Assembly: GCA_951406725.2 (NCBI GenBank)
Contig: OX597819.1
Location: 91,078,001 to 91,142,000, forward strand
From: Octopus vulgaris
Lineage: Eukaryota
Reading direction: 5' to 3'
Length of the DNA stretch: 64,000 nucleotides
In this document: positions 13,366 through 27,360 of the stretch, piece by piece
Numbering within the stretch: position 1 is the stretch's first letter
Layout of the letters: each line of letters begins with the position of its first letter
Notes under the pieces: model-generated
What the model saw: only the letters and a program-made list of their open reading frames with translations
The model's database searches: none
What the model was told of the DNA's origin: nothing
Position numbers and translations under genes: made by a program

Positions 13366-13575
13366 TGCAATGTGGGTTATTCTCAATTAATGACTTGATT
13401 TGGTCATCATCTGTAGTGGATGGTCTGCCTGATCAATCTTTATGAATAAGGCTACAATCTCCAGCTTGGAACCTTGCGAACCACTTCCATACAGTTCTTT
13501 TGGATAGAGAAACATCACCATAAACTGCGCATATTTCTTTGGTTGCTTGTGAGGCATTTTTCCCTTTACAGAAAA
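13366..13575 (-). pseudogene. Mariner transposase N-terminal HTH remnant
   Basis: KGKNASQATKEICAVYGDVSLSKRTVWKWFARF...SGRP. Confidence 0.8.
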
Positions 13576-14637
13576 AAAACTTTCCCTTTACAAAACTTTT
13601 AGGTGGGTTACAAACAGTACCACATGCAGGTTGATGCATTACAACAGCTTTTTTCAAGTTGATGGTCAAGCCAAAATCATCACAAGCCGAGTCAAATGTA
13701 GATACAAGAAATTGAAGACTTGTTTCAGAATGACTGACAAAATCACAATTGTCAGCATACGAAACTTCCCTAATGAGTGAAGTAAAAACCTTTGTTTTGA
13801 ATTTCAGTCTGGTCAGATTAAAAACATTCTCTGTTGTTCAATATTTTATGTAAATACCTTCCTCAGAGTTTTGAAAAGCATGTGATAACACAACAGCAAA
13901 ATATATTGCAAAGAAGGTGGGTGTATCAAGGTCTCCTTGCTTTACTCCATTTTCCACAGCAAAAGATTCGGAGAGCCTATCAACAAAATTAACTCTAGCT
14001 TTCATATCTTGATGCAAAGCCCTGATCATGTTTACAAATTTTTCTGGGCAACCTATTTTCATTAGAATTAGCCACAGAGCATTTCGATTAACAGTATCAA
14101 ATACTTTGCTCAAATCAACAAAGCAATGGTATAGATTCTGTTCAATGCTCTTTTCTTGTAATTGTCTGACAGTAAAGATACAATCAACTGTGACCCTGCA
14201 GGAACGAAAACCACACTGAGATTCAGACACCATATTTGGAACTATAAAGGTTTTTAAACGTTCTAACAAAATGTGAGCAAGTACCTTTCCAACCACAGAC
14301 AAAAGCGAAAATCCCACAAAAATTACCACACAGATCCTTTGGCCACGATTTATACAAGGAGACTAAAATGGCATCAGTCCAGTCATGAGGCACTTTCTCA
14401 GTTCTCCAACAGTGACAAATTAATATATTTAAGAGTTCAAACATTTTGTCACCCCCATATTTCAAGACTTCTGCACAGATTCCATCAGACCCTGGAGACT
14501 TATAGTTATTCAGCTTATTCACAGCTAAATAAATGTCATTTAGAGTTGGTTCAAATGCCATCTCTTCTATAACTGGAAGGTTTTCAATTTTTTTCTGTCG
14601 TCCTCATATCAACGGATGATGGTCTATTCAATAGTGC

Positions 14638-14640
<3 letters not shown>
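13575..14640 (-). pseudogene. RTE-clade LINE reverse transcriptase remnant
   Basis: KSPGSDGI, SLLSVVGKVL, ESQCGFR, FVDLSKVFDTV, GVKQGD, YADN-like motif and GLTINLKK, spread over frameshifted ORFs. Confidence 0.9.
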
Positions 14641-14676
<36 letters not shown>

Positions 14677-15529
14677 CATATACATGAGTGTGTGTGTGTG
14701 TGTCTGTGTCTCTGTGTGTGCGTGTGTGTGTGTGTGTGTGTGTCTGTGTCTGTGTTTCTGTGTGTGCGTGTGTGTGTGTGTATGTCTGTGTGTGCGTGTG
14801 TGTGTGTGTCTGTGTGTGTGTGTGGTGTGTGTGTGTCTGTGTGCCTGTGTTTGTCCTCCCATTACTACTTGACAACCAGGGTGCTGGTGTGTTTACATCC
14901 TCATAACTTAGCAGGTTGGCTAAAGAGACTGATAGAATACGTACTTGGCTTAAAAAATAAGTCCTAAGGTCAATTTGCTTCACTAAAACCCTTCAAGACA
15001 GTGCCCCTGCATAGCTGTAGTCAAATGACTGAAGCAAGTAATAGGCTAAAAGAATATGTATATACCACCTCTTCTACACACTGATGTTTCCTAACAGCTG
15101 TATCTCCTTTATCCCTATCTCTAACCATCTGTTACTCTTCCCTCACACACTTATAAAAGTACCCATTCTTCCTTCCCCTTTCTTTCTTGACCCACTATTG
15201 GTATCTTCTCTTATGCTCACCTCTTGTAGCTTGACAGTTTGCTCTGATACTCCTACTCCCACGAATGTGTGGTAGCCATGTACCTACTCTCTAGCAAGAC
15301 ACCTAAGCTTGTCTCTTTATAATGCTTTAGTCTTCAACACTTGGCATAAATACTGCTTCCCCCTACTTATTTGTGGGAGCTTTTACCTTTTTACCTGTTC
15401 TTTTCCTATCATGCAAGTTACTTTGCAGTCTCACTAGTGCCAGTGGCACAAAAAAAAGCACCCAGTCCTTACTGTTAAGTGATTGACATTAGGAAAGGCA
15501 TCAAGCTGTAGAAACTTTACCAAAGAGGG

Positions 15530-15906
15530 CACTGGAGCTCAGCATAGCTTTATGGCAAAGATCACATCACAGAAGATCAAAGAGCTTGGTTGGGAAAAAA
15601 TTCCTCTTCCACCTTATTCTCCCAATCTTGCTCCTTCAGACTATCATTTGTTTCTTAGTTTACAGAATCATTTGGGGGACATCACTTTCGCAAGCCAGGA
15701 GGAGGTCGAAACTGACATTTCAGAGTTCTTCGCTTTGAAACCAAAAGAGTTTTACATTGATGGGATTAAAAAGCTTGTAAATAATTGGTAGGAAGTCATA
15801 AATAATCAGGGAAAGTACATTGATGATTAAATTTCAATTAAATATAACATTTGATCACTTGTTTTCCCTATTCAAAATTCAGACAGAACTTATGGGATGA
15901 CTTGAT
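15530..15906 (+). pseudogene. Mariner (DD34D) transposase C-terminal remnant and 3' end
   Basis: ELGWEKIPLPPYSPNLAPSDYHLFLSLQN (YSPDLAPSD motif). Confidence 0.85.
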
Positions 15907-17407
15907 ATATATATATATATATATATATCCTCATCATCATCATCATCATCATCACCATCATCATTGTTTAATGGCCGTTTTCCATGCTGGCATGGGTTGG
16001 ATGGTTTGACTGAGGTCTGGGAAGCCAGGAGGCTGCACCAGGCTCCAGTCTGATCTGGCAGTGTTTCTACAGCTGGATGCCCTTCCTAACACCAACCACT
16101 CTGAGTGTGTAGTGGGTGCTTTTTATGTGCAGCTGGCACAAGGGGCCAGAGGAGCTGGCATCGACCATGATTGGATGGTGCCTTTATGTGCTACTGGCAC
16201 AGGGCTCACAACTACAATTTCCATTTGATTTGATTTTGATATTCATGTTGATGTTGATGTACTTGACTCAATAGGTCTCCTCAAGCATGGCATGTCGCCC
16301 TACCATCCAAGGTACTTTTGAGTGAGCTGGTTATGTGACACTGGTATAGGTTACAGCTGTGGACTCACTTTATTTGCCGGTTCTTCTCAGTCACAGCATA
16401 CCTCCAGAGGTCTCAGTCTTTTGTCTTTGCCTCTGTGAGGCCCAACGTTTGAAAGTCATATGTGTATGTATATATATATATATTTCTACAGATCGTCATA
16501 TGTTTCTACAGATCATCCAGCTGTAGAAACACTGTCAGATCAGACTGGGCCTGGTGCAGCCTCCTGACTTCCCAGACCCCAGTCGAACCATCCAACCCAT
16601 GCTAGCATGGAAAGCGGACTTTAAATGGTGATGATGATGATGATGATGACGATATATATATATATATATAAATGTTTGTATATATATGATTATGTTTATG
16701 AATTTGTGTTGCGTGAATGTGTATACGTACATACCTCAGCGAAAAATCAATCACAGATCACACTACACAGAGGTTACTCAGTAAGCATCTTTTAATCATA
16801 CCTGTCCAGTTCATGAACTTAAAGGCAAATAATACAACATAATCACCATAACAATCAATATAACTGGATTACTTCTGTACTTTATGCCACAAGTCAGATA
16901 TTTTTACTCTTACGATTTTTTTAAAACTTTTTATTTTCGTGATATATTCTTGATGGACATAATTGGTTTTACAAATTTATTTTTTCACCAATATTGCTTC
17001 TAACTAAACAGTAATAGAAGAATCTCTTCCAGGAGAATTATGGTAATCTTATGTTGAGATTAGAGCAACGAGGGATTATAATATCGTGATTATCCTACAT
17101 ATTTCTCACAAGGCAATAACTATGTATTTCTGTTGAAGTATTTCCTTTTTCTCTCTTTCTCTCTGTGTTCTACACTCCTTTCTGATATCCGTTTTCCTTT
17201 GTATGTGCCTTTGTCTATCTGTCTGTTTGTCTGTCTGCCTGTCTAGCTGTCTGTCTGTCTATCTGTTTGTCTGTCTGTCTGAATGTATGTATGTCTTCTC
17301 CCTGTATATAACTCTCTCTGTGTATGTCTCTCTCTTTCTCTCTCTCTCTCTCCACACACACACACACTTATCTGTAGGCCAGGATGCAACAAATGAAGTT
17401 AAAATTA

Positions 17408-17473
<66 letters not shown>

Positions 17474-17641
17474 GGCGCCAGAGTGGCTGTATGCTAAGTA
17501 GTTTGCTTACTAACCACATGGTTCCGGGGTTTAGTCCTACTGTGTGACACCTTGGGCTAGTGTCTTCTACTATAGTCTCAGGCAGACCAAAGTCTTGTGT
17601 GTGGATTTGGTAGATGGAAATTGGAAGAAGCCCATCGTTTC

Positions 17642-17684
<43 letters not shown>

Positions 17685-17787
17685 ATGTGTGTATATGTTT
17701 GTGTGTAAACAAACAAGCATCGGTTGTCAAGTGATGCTGGGGGGGGGGCAAACAGAGACACACAAATATATACACACACAAACACAT

Positions 17788-17843
<56 letters not shown>

Positions 17844-18064
17844 GTATATGTATATGCATGTGTGTGTATATGTTTGTGTTTCTCTGTTTGTCCCCCCAAC
17901 ATCACTTGACAACCGATGCTGGTGTGTTTACATCCCCATAACTTAGCGGTTTGGCAAAAGAGACCAATAGAATAAGTACCAGGCTTAAAAAGAAAAACCC
18001 TGGGGTCAATTTGCTTGACTAAAGGCCGCAGTCAAATGACTGAAACAAGTAAAAGAATAAAAGA

Positions 18065-18137
<73 letters not shown>

Positions 18138-18342
18138 TGTATATATATATGTATATATGTATATGTCATCATCATCATCATCATCGTTTAATGTCTGTTT
18201 TCCGAGCTAGCACGGGTTGGACAGTTGGACCGGGGTTTGGGAAGCCAGGGGCTGCACCAGGCTCCAGTCTGATCTGGCAGCGGCCACCATCGGTTGGTGC
18301 TTTTAACGTGCCACCGGCACGGAAGCCAGTCAAGGCGGTGCT

Positions 18343-18393
<51 letters not shown>

Positions 18394-18560
18394 TGCTGGG
18401 GCACTGCCTTGAAGGGTTTAGTCAAACAAATCAATCACAGTACTTTTTTGTTTTAAGCATGGCGGTTGTTCTTTCAGTCTTTTTTACTGAACCACTAAAT
18501 GATGAGGACGTAAACAAACCAACTCTAGTTGTCAAGTGGGAACAGAAGACAAATACAAAG

Positions 18561-18614
<54 letters not shown>

Positions 18615-19205
18615 TTAATTCCAAACAAGAAAACACAACAACGCGAGGACGTGGAACAAATATAGTATTATTGGACGCTCAGGAAAGAAGGGAAGAAGGA
18701 GGGTTTAACGTTTTGAGCGGAGCTCTTCATCGGAAACATAGGAGAAGGAAAGATCCAGAGAAGGGAAGACAGAGGAAAAAAAATCGCCAACGGTACACAC
18801 GAGGTCACATTTTGAAAGATCGGAAGGAGAAAGGGTGAAGAAAGATGTTTTCAAAGACAGAAGAGTAGAATGGTCAAAGAAAACGGAATGTAGGAGGGGG
18901 AATGTGTGTGTAAGTGTGGATGTGTGCGTGCGCGGAGGTCTGCGTGTGTGTGTGTGTATGTGTGCAATGTCCCCTACTTTTCCTCTCGTGTGTGACCCTT
19001 CTGTCTGAGTCAGATGATAGATTGTTAGCCACTACACGCTTTTTTCTCTCCTTGTTTCTCTCTTCGTTTTTTCTGTGTCCCTTTCTATAGAAGAGCGTAG
19101 GCTCAAAACGTAAAGACTTTTTCTATTCCTGAGCGTTATACTAATACATCTGTTTGTTTTGTACATCACCTGTCTTCGTCTTTTGTTTTTCGCAAACTCT
19201 CCCTA
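18615..19205. mobile_element. Head-to-head pair of HHR-bearing PLE-like termini between (TA)n tracts
   Basis: Minus-strand GTTT-CCGATGAA-GAGC tcc GCTC-AAAAC-GTT-AAAC at ~18702-18738. Plus-strand CTATAGAA-GAGC gtag GCTC-AAAACGTA at ~19086-19113. Both are followed by TTCCTGAGCG. A further plus copy lies at 23520-23646. Confidence 0.6.
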
Positions 19206-19771
19206 TATATATATATATATATATATATTATATTAAAAAATTAGAGATAAAACCACTATTAGGCAAATCATACAATGAAAAACTTAAGCCAATACATAAG
19301 ATTAATTAATTTATATTATTTTAAATATATATCAAAATTATTAAAAATCATCATCATCATCATTGTTCAATGTTTGTTTTCCATGTTGACATGGACTGGA
19401 TGGTTTGACTGAGGTTTTGAAAGCCAATGGCTGCACCAGGGTCCAATCTGATCTGGCAATGTTTCTACAGCTGGATGCCCTTTATAATACCAACCACTCC
19501 GAGAGTGTAATGGGTGCTTTTTATGTGCCACCGGCACAGGTGCCAGTGAGGGGACACTGGCTTGATCATGTTCGGATGATGCTTTTTATGTGCCACTGGC
19601 ATGGGAGCCAGTCAGGCAGACCTGGCATATATACATCTGCCAGGATCCTTTCCTGAGCATCCAGTAACACTATACATATTCCACATCCTCGCTCTGTTGT
19701 GCTTTCTCTTTGTTCATGTTTGGATTAACTATACATATATACATACATAAAACATACACATATATGTGTGT

Positions 19772-19814
<43 letters not shown>

Positions 19815-22800
19815 TTTGGAGGGAAATATTATTCCAAGCAAATACTGTGGTGGCTCACAGTTAAGTTCCAGTTTGTGGCTAACCATGTCGATCAGTATTT
19901 AACATCTGTGACTACTATTAGTTATCAGCCACTCTGTGAATTCTTCTGATGGGTAATTCCATGTTTGCTTCACTGGTCAGTAATGTTGTCTGGAGTATAT
20001 ATTAGTAATAATTATATTTAGTATGGAGACTTGTTCATCCTCAAAATTACTAAATAAGAGAAAACGAATTTTGAGGATGATAAGTCTCTATACTCTATAT
20101 AATTATATATATATAAAACAGGTTTCTTTCAGTTTCTTATTTAAAAAAAATTTTTTATTGCCCACATAGAGGGGGACAAACAAGTAAAGACAAAGGGATT
20201 AAGTCGATTACATCAACTCAGTGCATAACTGGTACTTAATTTATCGAGCCCGAAAGAATGAAAGGTAAAGTTGACTTTGGCAGAATTTGAACTCAGAACA
20301 TAACAGCAGACGAAATACCGCTAAGCATTTCACCCAGTGTGCTAACGTTTCTGCCAGCTCGCCACCTTTAATTTCTTTCAGTTTGTGTCTACCATATCTG
20401 CTCACAAGGCTTTGCTCAGATCAGGAGTATAGCAGAAAATGCTAACTCTAGGCACCATGCTGTGGGACAGAACCTGAAACTATGAGGTTTGGAAGTAAGC
20501 TTCTTACCACACACTGATGCCTGAATGTGTACGCTTGATAAACATATATTCAACTTTGCTGTATAAATAAACCCTGTGGTGAAACTAAATGGCTCTCTCT
20601 ACAGGATGTAACCAAGAACTGCTTGACTAGTTTGTTCCATAGAGAGATCCTTGTAGTTTAATCCCTGATGTCACTGGTCTATTTACATATTGAAGGTGAA
20701 TATGTATTGGTAAAACTACAGCTTGGCTCACCCCACCAACATTCCCAGTGCTTTGTTTCTTCATAACTTCATTAATAATGTATATTTTTATTATAACTTT
20801 ACAGAGATATGTTTTCAAAAATGTAGATTATGATTATTATTTCTTTACTGCCCACAAGGGGCTACACACAGAAGGGACAAACAAGGACAGACAAACGGAT
20901 TAAGTTGATTATATCGACCCCAATGCATAGCTGGTACTTATTTAATTGACCCTGAAAGGATGAAAGGCTAAGTCGATCTCAGCGGAATTTGAACTCAGAA
21001 CGTAGCGACAGATGAAATACTGCTAGGCGTTTCGCCCGGCGTGTTAATGTTTCTGCCAAATCGCCGCTTTAGTAGATTATAATTATGTTGATAAAAACCA
21101 TTTTAATGAAACAGAAATTACTCAGAATAAAAGTCCATGACCAATACACAACAGAAACAAGAAAATTGCAGGAAAGCTGCATGAAAGTGATGTCAGACTT
21201 GGCATGAAGACCATCATATAATTTGTTTGTCATGTGCATTGCATTTTTATTCTTCTCTTCCATTCTATCTTGACATGCGTATTGTGTTTTAATTTGTCTC
21301 TTCCATTTTACAAATCCAGTGTGCACACGTGCATTTACGTGTTCATACTTCTCTTTCCAGTTCCTATTCAAAACTGTTTACAGATCACAACCATCTCATG
21401 AGTTTGTGGTCGTGAGGAGTACTTCATACACCGATGGTTGTGAAAAAAAAAAATTTTTTAAAAATCAAAAACAAAAGAAACTATGACATTATCCTGATTA
21501 ATATTATTTGAGATCACTGTATAAATTCTGCTGAGGTTAACTTTGCCTTTAATCCTTTTGTGGGGGTCGATGAAGTAAAGTAGCAGTCAAATAACTAGGG
21601 TTGATGAAATCAACTTCTCTACTCTTCTCAAAATTGCTGACCTTTTGCAAAAACTAGAAAGAATATTATCTGAGATTAGCATGAAATTGGAAGGTATGAT
21701 AAAAATCAATTTCTGAGTACACATTAGCCTACTTTAATGCTGATCAATGTATTCAAGTTACTGAATATTTTATAAGTGGTATGCATATGAATTTATTCAA
21801 ATTCATCCATAGATACACACACGCACACATGTCGCAACAATTTAAATATTATATAATGTATTTCAGTTAAATCATATTACTGACTGTCTTTGAAAAGTAA
21901 CAATGAATTTATTTGAAAAACAAAAGTTTATTTGTTGTTATTGTTATTGCAGCTGTTGTTTGGCTGCATGCAAGCTCTAATAGAACAGACATATGATCAA
22001 AAGTATTCCAGCCACGAGCAGCCCATTGATTTTCTTTTTAGGTAATGTGCAAAAAGACTACATTGTCTAATTTGTGTTTTTTTTTCTCTGTTTAAGATAA
22101 TGGCAGTTTGATATGAAGGAATAATGTGACTGCCATTTCTAGCAGGTTTAGTGCATTTATAAAAACTTCCTCACTGGCCAGTAAAAAATTTACTTCTTGT
22201 TATTGTTGTTGTTGTTGTTGTTGATGATGATGATTAGACTTAGGTTAGCTTTGGATAAGTGAACCTTAATTAAAGACATTTGAGTTGTAACCATCTGACC
22301 TGTCTTATTTTCAGGGATGGTACATGCCTGTCAACAATACTAAATATGTCCTTCCTTTTTAAGATGGGCGGATATGGATCTTGGTCAGAGTTTCATCATA
22401 ATTTTTAGTTCTTCAAGCTTTCTGCCAATTGACATCTTTTTAATTTGTAGGCCCCTTCTTTTACTTCTTTGTAGTCCCTTATGCTACAGTGGACAAAATT
22501 GTATATAAAAAAGGTATGGCTGAATGGTAAGAAGTTTGCTTCTCAACTTCATGGTCCTGGGTTCAATCCCAGTACAAAACCCCTTGGACAAGTGTTTTTC
22601 ACTATAGCCTAGAGCCAATCAAAACGTTGTGAATGGATAGGTAAATGGAAACTGAAAGAAACCTGTCATATATATATATTATATATATTTCTTTACTGCC
22701 CACAAGGGGCTAAACATAGAGGGGACAAACAAGGACAGACAATGGTATTAAGTCGATTACATCGACCCCAGTTGGAAACTAGTACTTTATTTATCGACCC

Positions 22801-23391
22801 CGAAAGGATGAAAGGCAAAGTCGACCTCGGCGGAATTTGAACTCAGAACGTAACGTCAGACGAAATACGGCTACGCATTTCACCCGGCGTGCTAACGCTT
22901 CTGCCAGCTCGCCGCCTTTATATATATATATATTATATATATATGTGTGTGTGTGTGTGGGGGGGGTGTATTTGTGTGTGTGTTTGGGGGGGTGTATTTG
23001 TGTGTGTGTATGTGCATGTGTGTGCATCTTTGTGTCTGTGTTTGTCACTCCACCACTACTTGACAGCCAATGTTAGTGTGTTTACTTGCCCATAACTTAG
23101 CAGTTTGGAAAAAGAGGTCAATAAAGTTAATACCAGGCTTAAAAAACAAAAAAATAAGTACTGAAATTCTTCAAAGATGTGCTCCAGCATAGCTGCACTC
23201 TAATGACTGAAACAAGTAAAAGAATCAAAGAATACCTGCCTCATTACTGAATTAGTCTATAAGCGGCTGAGTATTTCAAAGTCATATGTACCTTTAACAT
23301 AATTCTCAGGTAGCCTGAGCATAACATATTGTGACAAAGCTGGACCTGTCTATGACAGGTACAACCATTTGATGAGTTGCTACATAGTTTC

Positions 23392-23642
23392 AAATAGATT
23401 TAACGTTAAAGGCAATTTAAAGAAAGAGAAGGAGGAGGAAGAAAGAAATTAAATGAAAATTAAGAGTGAAGAAATATAGTGTAATAGATGAGTGGAAATA
23501 AAGCTTAAAAGCATGTATATTTCTGTAGATGAGCATAGGCTCCAAATGTAAAAGACTTTTTCAATTCCTGAGTATTATACTAATACATCTGTTTGTTTTC
23601 TACACCAACTGTCTTTGTCTTTTGTTTTTTTCATGAACTCCC

Positions 23643-23682
<40 letters not shown>

Positions 23683-23756
23683 CAATATAGGGTAGCAAAA
23701 ATTCAAGAAAAATTCAAGAAAAATTTTGCAACCAGCGGTCAAGTGAGAAAATAGAA

Positions 23757-23804
<48 letters not shown>

Positions 23805-23922
23805 GCCTTTAAGCTTTATTTCCACTCATCTATCACACTATATTTCATCACTCCTAATTTTCTGTTAATTTCTTTCTTTCTCCTCCTCTTTCTCTAAATT
23901 GCCTTTGACGTTAAATCTATTT
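23392..23922. repeat. Inverted repeat with ~125-bp arms (23392-23516 / 23801-23922) around (TA)n and nested fragments
   Basis: AAATAGATTTAACGTTAAAGGCAATTT...GCATGT versus ACATGC...AAATTGCCTTTGACGTTAAATCTATTT. Confidence 0.85.
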
Positions 23923-24290
23923 ACTGTTTTTTTTAAAATAAATTGCCAGCATTCCCTTCATCATATACACAGTAATTACATTCGGTTAAAATGGCTTATT
24001 GATGTGTTTTGTTTCTCTTTTTTCCTTGACAAGATGATTATATTGTTTTACATCATTTTATTCCCTCAGGAATAATACCAATGTCTTCTTCGAAACATAT
24101 GTCAGAAGTATAAAGATTTGAATAACACCTGTGTTTAACTTATTTCTTAATTTATCTATGTCATACAAAAACATTTCACTAAACCCTGGAACTTCCACCT
24201 TTATAAGTAGGCTATAACATCCTTGGGACTTAAGTGAAATTTTGTTATCCTGGTAACTATTTATTTATTTGTACACATTGAAATACATAC

Positions 24291-24323
<33 letters not shown>

Positions 24324-24328
<5 letters not shown>

Positions 24329-25316
24329 GGGACAATGAGTAAATTATTGTCATTTTATATTTCTAATTTCAAGCATATGCATTGTTTGTTTTTGATTTTG
24401 TTGACTACACAGTATAGTAGGGTCAGTTGGGCACCATCTGTGAGAAAAGCGGCAGCTTGGAAATCTCACTCTGATTGACAACAATCTCTCCAAGTCAACC
24501 AGGGACATGGGAGTGTCTGAGTTTCTTATCAGGCAGGCAGTGCATGAAGACATTCGGTATTCTTCATACAAGATGAGAAAGGGCCAATTTTTATTTCAAG
24601 CCATCAAGGACAAAAGGAAAGATCATGCTACAAAGGCTTTGAACAAACTCCAGCCAAACACAGAACAACCGCTAGCTTGCCATGTCCCCAAAACATGTAC
24701 TAAAAATGATAAAAATCAAACATCAAGGCAACATCAAGTCAACATCACTAGTGATGGTGACGTTATGCTCCCATTCATCTTCCCACACGACCTCAGATTC
24801 AATATAGAGGCCTACATCACATGTCTGGAGAAGGTAGTACTGCCATGGCTCAAAAGGATGGCTGTTGGAATGCCCTATGTCTGGCAACAGGACTCTGCAC
24901 CATACCACACAAGCTGGAGAACCTAGTAATGGCTGTCAGACAATTTCTGTGACCAAATCACCCTAACATCTGGCTACCTAACTCTTCAGACTGAAACCCC
25001 CTTGGTTGTTATGTGTGGAAAGCAGTTGAGAGAGAGACCGACAAAACTCATTGTAACACCAAAAATAAACTGAAGGCAAGGATTATGGCAGTATTCACCA
25101 ACTTAAACAAAGAGACTATCAAGAAGAGCTTCAGGAGATTCCAACGTCATCTGGAGGTTGTGGTTGAAGCCAATGGCGATTTTATTAAATAAATTTACTC
25201 TTTAGTATTTCAAGATATTTTTATGTAATTTTGGTAAATATATCAGTTAAAATGAGATGTCAGTGTTATTTTTATTCTTGCGTAATTTAGACAACACTAT
25301 ATTAACTGCACCTTGT
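24324..25316 (+). mobile_element. Tc1/mariner-superfamily (DD37D-like) internally deleted element
   Basis: ORF 24507-24926 ...PYVWQQDSAPYHTS followed by a WxPNSxDxNP-like remnant. Degenerate CAGGG...CCTTG termini in a TA/TG repeat context. Confidence 0.75.
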
Positions 25317-25350
25317 GTGTGTGTATATATATATATATATATACATATAT

Positions 25351-25404
<54 letters not shown>

Positions 25405-25409
<5 letters not shown>

Positions 25410-25490
25410 ATGGCCATATAACTGAAGAGGTGGCGACTTGGGTTTCTGCCCCAACATCCAAAACTCAGAGTTTTATCATGGCTACCAAAT
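25405..25490 (+). ncRNA. Degenerate hammerhead motif
   Basis: UGGCCAUAUAA-CUGAAGA-GGUG...CAUCC-AAAA(for GAAA)-CUCAGAGUU-UUAUCAUGGCUA. Stem I arms are complementary; directly next to (TA)n. Confidence 0.55.
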
Positions 25491-25638
25491 AATTGTCACA
25501 TATTATATTTACAGATAAATTCCTCTATTTACATAATATTGAGGTCCCTTTCATTCTTTTGTTGTCTTACCATTTCTATCTGTCTATCAATCCATCCATC
25601 CGTCCATCCGTCTGTCCATCCATCCATCCATCCATCCA

Positions 25639-25677
<39 letters not shown>

Positions 25678-26226
25678 GCTCACCAACAAGCAGTGAACTG
25701 GAAGATTCATGACACCATTTCAAAAAAATAGAAACAAAAACACAGCTACTGAGTCAGTTAGTAAATGATGATGAGAATAATGGTGGTGGTGGTGGTGGTG
25801 ATGATGATAGTGCTTGTAGTGGCAGTGATAGTGGCGATAGTAATGATGATGATGATGATGATGATGGTGGTGGTTGTGTTGTTGGCAGTGGCTGTGGTGG
25901 TGGTGGTGATGATGATGATGATGATGATGCCGATGATGACGACAATGATCCTCATCATTATTATCAACACATAAGCACACAGACATACAAACCATTTATG
26001 TTTATTCACACACAAACACAAGTACAGAGATGGGTGTGTCTATTTTATCACTCAAGAGGCTAGAAGTATCCGTTAAAACTACATCTTAACAATGGAAAGG
26101 AACATTAAAAAACATTAAATAATGGGATCATCCTAGAAGTAATGTGTTTGGAAAACAATGCAATAGCGCTTTGATTTAATCAGAAATGACCAAGAGTTAA
26201 ATAAACAGTGATACATAACTAAGACC

Positions 26227-26704
<478 letters not shown>

Positions 26705-26882
26705 TGATAATTATGGTGATAATGATATTGATGATGATGCCTATAGTGGGAAGAGTGCACTTGTGCTTACCTTTTTTTCATCCTTTTTACCTGAGTTTTC
26801 TTGACTGTGCTTAGGTTATCTTTTCTGTTCTTTTCTTTTTTTATTTACCATTTTGATCCAAGTACTACCGACTGGTCTATAT

Positions 26883-27141
26883 CAGTGGTTCTCAACTGGG
26901 ATCCATATGATATTTAGGGGTCAACATAAGATTTTGTTGCTAAAATTTATGTCCAATAAACTGGTTATCCTTCTACAAAACACAAAATATTGTAACATTT
27001 TTTTTAATGTAGTTCCAAATAATATTTAATCACAAAAATATTATTAGATTTTTTAAAACATCACCAAATGGCTAGGAGGGTCCATCTGAGTAAAGTAGAA
27101 ATCAAAGGGATCTATAGGCAAAAAATGGTTGAGAACCACTG
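26883..27141. mobile_element. hAT-type MITE
   Basis: TIRs CAGTGGTTCTCAAC / GTTGAGAACCACTG with an 8-bp TSD GTCTATAT on both sides. A second copy, split by insertions, lies at ~34942-36172. Confidence 0.9.
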
Positions 27142-27317
27142 GTCTATATAAAAAATATCCACATAGGTGCAAGCTGTGTGGTAAGAAGCTTGCTTCCCAA
27201 CCACGTGGTTCTGGGTTCCGTTCCACTGCATGACACATTGGGCAAGTGTCTTCTACTATGGACTTGGACTGACCAAAGCCTTGTGTGTGGATTTGGTAGA
27301 CAGAAACTGAAAAGAGC

Positions 27318-27360
<43 letters not shown>

